Source: Leucoraja erinacea (Eukaryota). Taken from it: a stretch of DNA of 64,000 nt. Below the pieces are notes generated by a model. That model was not told the DNA's origin. It saw only the letters and a program-made list of their open reading frames with translations, and made no database searches. The position numbers and the translations under genes are program-made. The stretch covers positions 11,222,001 through 11,286,000 of the forward strand of contig NC_073406.1 of NCBI RefSeq assembly GCF_028641065.1, written 5' to 3'. Shown here one piece after another: positions 12,901 through 24,900 of the stretch (the first letter of the stretch is position 1; each line of letters begins with the position of its first letter).

Positions 12901-15900
12901 CATGAAGGCAAGCATACCATATGCCGATTTTACCACTCATCTACCTGTGTTGCCACTTTCAGGAAGATATGGACTTGGACCCTAAGTTTCCTCTGTACGT
13001 CAATGCTATTGAGGGTCATGTTAATAACGGTATATTTTGCCTTTACATTTACACTGCCAATGTGCAGCACCTTGCACATGCTGTGATTAAACTCCATTGG
13101 TCATTACTTCGCCCATTTCTGTAGCTGATCTTAATTTTGTTGTACACCTTGACAGCCTTTCTCAGTCTGCAACCCCAGCAATCTTCGCGTCTCCATGTAG
13201 AATCCAGCAATGGAGCTGCACCTTGCTAACTCCCTGGCATTTGTGTCAAGAAATTGTCTGATTCAAGATACAAAACTACATTCATTTCAATGGAGACTAG
13301 ATATAAAGTAAAGGCAAATTTGTTTTCTTTTCATTATTTGATTTAATTTAACATTTTCAATTATGTTGAATTTACTTAACTCTTTATTTTGTTTCAAACG
13401 TCTCAATTGTTAAAAATCCTCCACCACTTTTACACCTGGCAAAGTGTTTTATTTGATAATACTTCTGAAATCTAATCACTGTAATAGAAATAAATGGTAG
13501 CCAATTTATGCAAGGCAAGCTTTAACCCCATGCAATGTGATAGCATAAGCATAATTTGTCTCTCAGTGATGTTGGTTAAACAATAAATATTGATCAAGTT
13601 ATGGGAATGACCACATTAAGTGCTTTGAAATACTGTAGTGTCATGGGATCATTTCTGGCTACCAGAAAAAAAACGGAACTTTGGTTCCAAATGCCATTGG
13701 ACTGAAATCTGAACCCACGACTCTGACGAGGCCAAAGCGCAACCAACTATGCCACAACTGACACAACATACTAATCTAGTAATTACACCAATTCTAAAGT
13801 CCTAAACATAGATAAACCAACCACTATAAATTGAGGGAATGAGGTTAAAATAACTGGGTACCGTGACAGCAGTGCTTTGACATGAATACCATACCGAGAA
13901 CTAAACATCCAATTCAACACCATTGGTATTTCATCTTTTAATGATGCTACTTTGAGAGCATCAAATCACTTTCACAATCGAAAAATACTCAACAGTCACA
14001 AAAAAAGCAATTAAATCAACCAGTTTTGAAGCATATTTTACCTTCAACTAATACTCAAGAAATTGAATGCATGAAATTGGAGAGCAAAGAATAGATGAAA
14101 TCCATACAAACAACTCCATTAATAGTTCTTCTCAAAAATGTCTTAAGTATATTACGATACAATTTTGCCACCTATTCAATTTTTATAAGATAATATCAAC
14201 CATCATACTTGCAGATGCATCTCGAATCAAACATTTAATACTGATTCAATACAGTAAATCCACTAACCTGCACATGCAGCTTATATCAAACAAAACTAAA
14301 TCTCAAGATATCTGATGGTCGTTACATACATTCAGCTATTTGAAAATTGCAATGCAATTTCGACAATATGCTATCTGTATAAAATCAAAGATAAAATCAC
14401 AAATCTCTTACACATGAAATAAAACAACTATTCATTACCCAATTGCTGAAACTGGCTGCAAGCTCCATTGTGTCATAGAAAACAATGACGAAGTATAGAT
14501 CCATTTTTAACTACATCAAGGTGGTAAATAACAGGATCTCCCTTGCTTCAACAAAACAGCTAAGTGCACTAGCACAATGGCATGCAACTTTAGCGATGAA
14601 GGTATTATGCTTGCAAAAGAAAAACATAAATTTTGTTGGGCTTGTGGTAATTCCATTCCACTATGACCCTGCTGAGAGGAAAAAATACATCATCTGGAAT
14701 GAAATGAAAACAATAAACAATTTCAAAAATCAAATACAACACAACTGGGATAAACTACTTAGTGCTTCTCTTCAGCCAAATTTAGAACTTTAGACTTGAG
14801 ATACAGCTTAGAAACAGGCCCTTTGGCCGACCAAGCCTGCGCCAACCAGTAATCACCCCATACACTATACACGAGGGACAATTTATAATCTGTACTGGCC
14901 AATTAATATACAAACTTGCAGACACAGGGGGAACGTACAAAATCATAGTCAGGATCGAACCCGGGTCTCTGACGCTGTGAGGCAACAACTCTACCACTGT
15001 GCCATTGTGCCACCCTCGTGCATTAAATTTTATCTGTGGTACAGATTGCTTGTCTGAATGGTTATCTTCCAGTATTCACAACTCTCCAAATGAGTGTATT
15101 TGTAAATCACTATTTCAATTATCCATGCAGAGCACCTTGACCACCAACATCGGTTAACTCCTAGGCTTGAATCACACCTCCTTATCGGACCAAACACATT
15201 GTGTTATAAATTCAATATTCATGCACTTTGCCTCGGCAGCTAAGCTATTTGGGACACAGCAACTAAGAATAAAATTATTAATTGGAAAACCACACCGTTA
15301 AACAAATTTGTAACCAAACTAAAGTGGCATACATGGCTAAAATATATCCAGATATATTCACTTATTTCATTCTACCACTTTCTTTGCCAATTCTATAATT
15401 GTTCCCCCGATTTACTTGCCATCATCTTCTTATTTAACTGGGCAATCAAGTCCAGGTTGGGGAATGCCCTGAAACACCTTATTTCAAAGGTAGACTAAAG
15501 TGCTGGTGAAACTCAACGGGTGCAGCAGCTGAAGAAGGGTTTCGGCCCGAAACGGTGCTATTTCCTTCGTCCATAAATGCTGCTGCACCTGCTGAGTTTC
15601 TTCAGCACTTTTGTTTACCTTAGATTTTCCAACATCTGCAGTTCCTTCTTAAACACCTTATTTCAAAGAATGATTAAGAGTATGGCTGCAAAGCAATGTC
15701 TGAAATATGCACTCCTTCCCTTCCACGCCCATTCTTTTATTTCCAAGTATTTTGCAAAAGGACAATATCTCATCCCAATGAAAATTTTATTGTTGCACAC
15801 ACAAGAGAGATATATAAAAAAACTGTTTTGTGTGCTATCCAGACCACTCATACCATACACAAATACAATTATGCCCATCTTTTCATCCCCATGAAGAAAT

Positions 15901-18900
15901 CTTTCATTTTAAGTTAATTGATTGCTGGATCTGTTTACTCCTATCCTATCTACTGTAATCTCTAATATCTCTCAGTATTTACTGCAGTAAAACTCAGATA
16001 ATCCACAATTTGACCTCAATAATTCCAATGGTTTGACATGTGGCTCACTCCATCTACAAGTTTGCAGATTACACCATTGTGGTGGGTCAGATCACGAGCA
16101 AGGACAAGATGGAAAGCACACAGGAAAAAAAAAATTTACTAGCATGCCGTCAGGATAACAACCTCTCCCACAATGTCTGCAATACAAAAGAGCTAGTTAT
16201 TTTCAAGAAGCATGGTGGAGTCCTTGTTCCAATCAGCATCAATGGTGCCCAAATGGAAATGTTCGAGAGCTTCAAGTACCTTGGTGTTAATACTATCACC
16301 GATCTGTCCTGGACCAACCACATTGTAGCGATAACCAAGGCAGCATACCAATGTCTTTGCTTCGTTAGGAGACTCCGAAATTCTCCATTGATTTTAACAA
16401 GCTTCTAAAGATGCCCCATAGATAGAATATTGTCAGGTTGCATCACAGCTTGGTTTGCGAACAACTCTACCCAATGCCACAAGACTTGTGGATGAAGGCC
16501 AGTCTTCACACAGACCAGATTCACCACCATTGCCTCCAACTACACTTCACATTGCCTCAGAAAATACTTGTCCCACCCTACTCATTCTTTCATCAGGCAG
16601 TGGATGCAGAAGCTTGAAAGCATGCATCTCCAGACCCAGGAATAACTTCTTCCCCTCTATTACCAGTTTTCTGTTCAGCCCTTGCATAAGCTCGGGTAAC
16701 GTTCTATTCACTTCAATTGCATTGCGGATATTGAACTTTGTCTATGGAACTAATGCTCCACAATGCTGAAAATGATATTCCGCACTCTGTACCTTTCATT
16801 TTGCTCTAGAGTTTGACTTGATTGTATTATGTATCACTGATCAGTTTGAATAGTATGAAAAACAAACAGTTTCACTGTCCCTTGGTAAATCAGGAAAATA
16901 ATAAACCTAACCCAAATAAGGCCACCCCTTAGCCTCCAACACAAAAAAAAGAAAAAAAAATCCCAGCATATCCAATCTCTCCCTGTCCAATCCCACTTAC
17001 TGTTTTAAGTCCCGTCTGGTTTGACATATGAAAATGCAAAACCTCACACTTGTCAGAGTTCAATTCCATTTGCCATTCCGTGGTCCACTTTCCCAACTGA
17101 TCTAGATCTTCTTATGAACTTAGAAATCCTTAGTCACTGTCCACTATACTACCCATCGTGCTGTCATCTGCAAATTTACAAATGATGATGACTACTTTGT
17201 CATCCAAATGTATATTATAAACAGCAATGGACTCAGCAATAATCATTGAGGTACACCCCTGATCACAAGCTTCCACTCAAAAAAGCAACCCTCCACACTA
17301 CCCTTTGACTCCTTCCCCCATGCCAATTTTGAATCCAATTGGCTAGCTCACCATGGATTCCATGTAATCTAACATTTTGGTCAAGCCGACCGTCCAAATG
17401 CCTTGTCTAAGGCCATGTAGACAATGTTCACTGTCCTTCTTACCTTAAATAAAGGTACAACATTAACAATGCTCCAGTCTTCCAGAACTCCACCTCTTTA
17501 TTTTTGCTATTTGTTGCATTCTGGCTGCTTATAAAATCCAAAACACCATTTTCCTATTTTGCCATCTGCCATTGCAAGATATTACTTATTTTTATCCCTG
17601 CTCTCTTCCTCCATATCTTCCAGCAGCTTTCTATTGATCTTTTTTCCTGCTGACGTGCATCAGTTGTCATACATTTTAAAACACTGATTAATTAAGGATT
17701 TAAGAATTAGCCTAGTTTTTGCAATTTGATCAAGTATGGCCGTGATGTCAGATATAACCAGTAATACATTATTTTAGATCCAACTGAAAATCTTCTCATA
17801 CAAGAGTACGGGTTTATGAACAACTTTAATCTTTTACTTCCACATAGACTACGCATCTTAAAGTGAAACCTCAGGACTATAAACCACTGAGAAGACCAGC
17901 ATGGTTCACATACCGTCACATAACCATGTATACTCAAATCACTGCGATCGACAGCGAGAGCTCGGAAACCACTATGGTGATATTTATCTTGACTGAGCAC
18001 TGTAACCAATTACATTGTGAATTTGTTCTAAATTCAAGATGAACAAAGTTAATTCAGAAAATAGCCAAAACTTTCATGAGATTGAAGACTGGATATGAAA
18101 TGAAAACACACCTCTTAAAATATCTTGTCATCTTCCAACTCTCAAGATACTGGTACCTCAGCTTTAATTGCCATTAGTAGTTATAATCATTGTTTCCATA
18201 TACAATTGAGTTAATATCATCAGCTGCTATTTCAGATAAGGAATTACATAGCTCTGCCTGATTCTACTCTCATATATTTGGGAAAATGTACTGTGCAATC
18301 ATTAAAGAACCATTACTAATTCCCTTCCCTCTGGGACACGCAATTTGAGTCCAACTTTGAATCTTAAAATCTTAGGAACATTTAGTTAAATCAGAACAGA
18401 TCAAAGACTGAACCAGGAACTTTTGTGATCTACATGTCCCCTTTAGTTATTAGACAACCCGATTTTATAGTTGAAAGTTTTTGAAAGCAATTCCTTCCCT
18501 GCCTGGTGTTAAAAAAATCAGTTTTCATTGGCACTCAGTATATAGTCATCTTTGTATCAGTTTTGGTTTTCTGTTGGAATGGGAGACAAAACCACTATTG
18601 GAATAATGAACAGAATAATACAAACATTGTAACTGGATCACCATGGCAATAACAGAATGGGAGTCTGAATGCAATGAAAGCAAAACTAAAACTATTTGAA
18701 ATCTGCCACAGCAGTGACACGGTATACAAGCAGTAAAGATTTCAAAATCATTCTTAACTGGAACGCACAAATAGAAAATTGTGAAGAAAATACAAAAACA
18801 ATTTTCATATCCAAGAGACACTTGATTTTTTCGCAACGTTATACTACAACAATTTTTAACATAGAGAACTGAAATAATGCAGACAGTCTTATTTAATGGA

Positions 18901-21900
18901 AACCTACCATGCACAATCTCAGGGCTTTTTTGGGAGTTTAGTTGTTGTGATTCATTTTCCTCTACCTCTTTCTCCTCAACTTCCACAGATTCCTTGCTTT
19001 CCACATCTTCATCTTTGTCATCATTGATAGGAGCTTCCTCACTGTCCTCTTCCTCTGCTGCAACCTCCAGATTGGTTGATAAAACTACGGGAGAAAGTGT
19101 AATCTCTGCCTCCGTTTCTGTCCTAAGATTATCTTCAATCTCTACATTAGCCGGCAATGAAAAATCTGGTGAAACACTTTCTAGAGTGCTTGGTGTTATT
19201 TCCTGTCCGGCAATGCCATTCACTTCTGTAGTCGTGATAATAGTACAAGGTACCGTGGTTTCATCAAATTGAGCAACAATTGTTTCTTCAGGTAGATCTT
19301 CGATATCCTCCTCTTTTTGTTTATCATCTTCTGCTTCTTTGTGCAAATGTACAGTCAATGTAAGTTTCTTCTCCTCATTGGAATTGGATGTTTCAGATTC
19401 GTCAGCACAATCCATCGTTGGGAAAATAGCATTACTGGAAACATTTTCCACCAAAGCTCCCTCTTCTTCTGGCTCCTCCCCTTCTACTACTTCCTCCTCC
19501 TCCTCCTCCTCTTCTTCCTCCTCCTCCTCCACCTCCTCCTCCTCTTCCACCTCCACCTCCACCTCCTCCTCTTCTGCCACCTGTAAAGGAACTGGATCAG
19601 GTGGTTCTCCATCAATCTCTTTCTTTTCTTCAACTATTTCCGATCTAACATCTGGGGTAGAACTTTTCACTGGTGGTTCCGGCATTGGTTTTTCTTCTGT
19701 GTGATCAAAAAAAGGTATTCTATTTCAGTGAACATACTATTTTTGTTTCACGCAAAGTTTGTAACATTAAAAAAATAAATAAAAACAGAACAATTAGAAG
19801 TCACCCATTAACATTCTTGCCAAAACTAACTGTCCATAGCTGTGCATGGTTAAAACTTAATTGTCATTTGTTAATCTGGATCAAACCATATTTGGTAAGA
19901 GGAAATATTTAGATTTTTTTTTAAGTTTGTCATATAATAACATCATTCTTAATGTAGCCTGAACTGCATTTTTAATTATGTCAACTTACATCCATATATT
20001 TGTGTTTAAAACACAAAAGTTAGAAAAGGAAATTAATTGTTCTGTCATCTATCAAAATCCTTTTTGAAAGCAAACAGGACAAGTCAAGACTTGAGTTGCA
20101 ATAAAGATTATTATCAATTCTTCATAACTGGCTCGTGATTTATCTTCAAAGTATAAAATGAGGCATTAGGTAAATGGCTTTGGATTAAGCCAAGTAAAAT
20201 AATCATTAATTGCACAGTATCAGGTAGAAGTGAGAAAGTATGGCAATCTTAATATTACACAAAGCACAATTTACTAATTTTAAACATGTGGTTTTCATTT
20301 TTATTGTATTGGAAAATGTTATTAATATATCCAGATATTCCCGCTAGCTGTGAGCCACCGTGATTTTGCCTTACAAGTCATGCAACTTATGTAAAATGTG
20401 ATGTGACTATAAAAATGACCAGGTACTGCAAACCATTAAATTGGAAACACAGCAAATGATTTAAGTTATATAGTAAACATTAAGGAACACTAGATATATC
20501 CAACATTTTTTAATGATCCAACAGGTATAACTTGCTCCACTATACCCACTGATTGGCGTCATTGGTGCTCTTCACATAATAAATCATCTTTGGTGCTGTA
20601 CCGCAGTGTCATAAACTAAATTGACACAAAATCCAAATATGGCATATGAGGTGGGGTGTTTAAAAAGCTCCGAGAAACAGATAGGTTTTATGCAGGGCTC
20701 TAAAAAGAGAGGTGAAATAGGCAAAATGAGTTCAGAAAGCTTTGGCTTTACTTAGGTGAAGGTCAAGATCAAGGTTGAAGTCTGAAGAAGGTCTCGACCC
20801 GAAAAGTCACCCATTCCTTTTCTCCGGAGATGCTACCAGACCCGCTGAGTTACTCTAGCCTTTTGTGTCTATCTTCTGCAGATTCTATTCCTTCAAAGTT
20901 CACTTTTTTTAAATGAGTAGAGTGGTAGATGCCTGGAACAAGCTACCAGAGGAGGTGGTAGAAGCTGATATATTAGCAATACCTGAAACGCATTTAGACA
21001 GAGGCACAAACATTCAGAGAGTAGAGAAGGACGGCGCAAACACAATAGGCTGAAATCCTGTTTTGTATGCTGTTCTATGTTCCATGAATATAGTATCACA
21101 CAGCAAAATTTAAACCAAAGGATTGAAAGTATGAAGGACTTGTGAATACATTTCCAAAAAGCATAATATAATTGCTGAAACCAAACCTGTGCTTTCCGTA
21201 ATGCAACACTAAATTTTATGAATGATGATATATTTCTAATTTCATTATTCAATAGGCAGAAGAAATTGCTACTTCTCTTCACATAATCACGGAAATATCC
21301 CTTCTTCATATGTGCAAACTTGACGTTGCACAGAAGTTAAATATATTATTTTGTTTTATTTTGCAGTAAATTCTTAATTTAGTTCCATACCTGGTTTCAG
21401 TTTTGTAATAGCAGCTTCAGTTCGCTCCACTGAAATAAATAGAAACATTTTATGGCATGTACCATGCCTGAACTTGTAATTATAGGAATTCTACTTTGTA
21501 TTTAAGTTTATTGGTCCTTATTGAGAAAACATTGCATATGCAAGTGTAGATATTTAAAACAGTAAATTAAAAATACTTCAATTACACCAAATTTTCAAAG
21601 AAAACTACTTGTTATGTATGTCTGTTGAGAACAAATCAAAATGTCCATACTTTTTCCTAGAAATCTAAGACTACCTTTCCCTGGTAGTAAGCAGCTATTT
21701 AAAAAAAAATTGGTGTAATGTTTCCTTACTCTATGAACAACAAACCTTGCATCATTCATTTTACTATTTTGAAATCATAATGCTTTATTTATCTTTGAGT
21801 TCTATAATTTATATTGGTTAATTCTTGCTATTGAGGGAGTGCAGCGTAGGTTCACAAGGTTAATTCCCTGGATGGCGGGACTGTCATATGCTGAGAGAAT

Positions 21901-24900
21901 GGAGCAGCTGGGCTTGTATACTCTGGAATTTAGAAGGATGAAAGGGAATCTCATTGAAACTAAGATTATTACGTGTTTGGATACGCTAGAGGCAGGAAAC
22001 ATGTTCCCGATATTGGGGAGTCCAGAACCAAGAGCCACAGTTTAAGAATAAGGGGTAAGCCATTTAGAACGGAGGAGTAAATAATTTTTCACAGAGAATT
22101 GTGAGTCTGTGGAATTCTCTGCCTCAGAGGGCGGTGGAGGCTGGTTCGCTGGATACTTTCAAGAGAGAGCCAGATAGGGCTCTTAAAGATGGTGGAGTCA
22201 GGGGATATGAGGAGAAGGCGGGAACGGGTACGGATTGTGGATGATCAGCCATGATCACATTGAATGGCGGTGCTGGCTCGAAGGGCCGAATGTCTACTGC
22301 ACCTATTGTCTATAATTGAAATTAATGGCTAATACAATTTTAAATTAATGAACAAATCCTTTAAATATGTAAAATAAGCAGCTAAATTCAAGAATCTAGA
22401 TCAAACCAGTATTGTTCATAAACAAAATACAATCATTTGATTCGAGCCAATTTAAAGCACTTTCGGTGGGGTCAGTCTCAGGGTTTGCTCAATTTTGGTG
22501 GCCACTGGAGATAAACACTTCTTAGTTCATGTTTTATTGGCAGCCCTGCTGAAGCCACCACACTTCACTCTAATACTTTCAATTATGGGCAGATTTGGAG
22601 CACTGAGGTACCAATTCCCTCAAAATAATCGTTGTTAAATAAGTGAAATGCAAAACTTCAATAGGAAAGGAACAATAATCATGTTCCAAACAAAATAATA
22701 ACCCTGTACTGCTAATTTCTTGATCAGGAGAATTTCATGACATTCCAGTGTGAAAGCTTTGTCCTGTGACAAATCAGCTCTAATTTCACCACAGTAATTA
22801 TCTTAAATGCTTTAACAGAGGTTCCACTCGGTTTATGTGTTCTTTTTGTTACAGTTTATAAAAATTTGATTAGTTTTATCATATTACCTCTACAGTTCTT
22901 TCTGAAAAACTACAAATGGCACTCATAAATCGGACAAAATGTGCAGATTGTCATATTCTGAAAAAATCTGCCATTGAAGATCATATAAACTAACATGAGA
23001 ACAGGATATAACTTACTGGCAACACAATTTCTTCTATGTTAAATCTGTGCATTTGAAAATTATGAAGGCTAATAGTTGATGCTAGTCCACATAAGAGATT
23101 AGTATACAAACTTAAAGCACACGGCATTGGGGGTTCAGTATTGATGTGGATAGAGAACTGGCTGGCAAACAGGAAGCAAAGAGTAGGAGCAAACGGGTCC
23201 TTTTCACAATGGCAGGCAGTGACTAGTGGGGTACCGCAAGGCTCAGTGCTGGGACCCCAGCTATTTACAATATATATTAATGATCTGGATGAGGGAATTG
23301 AAGGTAATATCTCCAAGTTTGCGGATGACACTAAGCTGGGGGGCAGTGTTAGCTGTGAGGAGGATGCTAGGAGACTGCAAAGTGACTTGGATAGGCTGGG
23401 TGAGTGGGCAAATGTTTGGCAGATGCAGTATAATGTGGATAAATGTGAGGTTAACCATTTTGGTAGCAAAAACGGGAAAGCAGACTATTATCTAAATGGT
23501 GGCCGATTGGGAAAGGGGGAGATGCAACGAGACCTGGGTGTCATGGTACACCAGTCATTGAAGGTAGGCATGCAGGTGCAGCAGGCAGTAAAGAAAGCGA
23601 ATGGTATGTTGGCTTTCATAGCAAGAGGATTTGAGTATAGGAGCAGGGAGGTTCTACTGCAGTTGTACAGGGTCTTGGTGAGACCACACCTGGAGTATTG
23701 CGTGCAGTTTTGGTCTCCAAATCTGAGGAAGGACATTATTGCCATAGAGGGAGTGCAGAGAAGGTTCACCAGACTGATTCCTGGGATGTCAGGACTGTCT
23801 TATGAAGAAAGACTGGATAGACTTGGTTTATACTCTCTAGAATTTAGGAGATTGAGAGGGGATCTTATAGAAACGTACAAAATTCTTAAGGGGTTGGACA
23901 GGCTAGATGCAGGAAGATTGTTCCCGATGTTGGGGAAGTCCAGGACAAAGGGTCACAGCTTAAGGATAAGGGAGAAATCCTTTAAAACCGAGATGAGGAG
24001 AACTTTTTTCACACAGAGAGTGGTGAATCTCTGGAACTCTCTGCCACAGAGGGTAGTTGAGGCCAGTTCATTGGCTACATTTAAGAGGGAGTTAGATGTG
24101 GCCCTTGTGGCCAAGGGGATCAGAGGGTATGGAGAGAAGGCAGGTACGGGATACTGAGTTGGATGATCAGCCATGATCATATTGAATGGTGGTGCAGGCT
24201 CGAAGGGCCGAATAGCCTACTCCTGCACCTCAATTTCTATGTTTCTATGTTACTAGGAGCTGCCAAACGAATGAAGGAAGTGTTAATACCTCGCAATTAT
24301 TGTTCTGAAATACCCTTGCATGATGCCTACTGATAATTTTTCGGAATTATAACTGTTGCCAGGTGCAGATAAACTAACTGGCAACATAAACATATGGGCA
24401 ATAGATATTTATGGGTTTGGCATTGCGAAAACTAGTCAATGCAGATTTTTCAAAGTGATAGAAAGTTTCTGCCACAGGTAAAATAAATTAACCCATTAAA
24501 CTACCTGAAAATTAGATTTTTAACAAATCAACTAAACATGAAGATTCGCCCAGATATCTTTTGGCAATTTTACCCGACTGGAAAATAATACGAAAAACAA
24601 TATATAATCCCCTGTCATTCATTTCCCATCAGTATCAACAGTTACCAAATAAAATATCACAAGAAATATAGCAGAGGAGAAATGAACAAACCTTGCTTGA
24701 AGTCCACGTTTTGTGTCATGTGTGCATTTTCCACAGTTCCAAAAACTGGAGGGTGATCTGCAACCTGACTGGGCAGCTGCTGGGATTTGAGGTACAACAG
24801 GTGAGGATAATGAGGGTGCGGACACAAAAACTAGCACATGGAACACAGAACAGAGAGGAAAATATGTGAAACAGTTTCCCATGAAATTCCACAATAAATC

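Noticed and set aside
14930-15015. tRNA gene
   Set aside because: The A/B boxes belong to a SINE head; no complete cloverleaf.
18156-18226. Possible intronic C/D snoRNA (TGATGA...CTGA on the minus strand)
   Set aside because: No terminal stem and no recognisable rRNA complementarity; SNORD66 is hosted by EIF4G1 and no match to it was seen.
18877-19704. Plus-strand Ser-rich ORFs (18877, 19317, 19339)
   Set aside because: Antisense shadows of the Glu-rich EIF4G3 exon.
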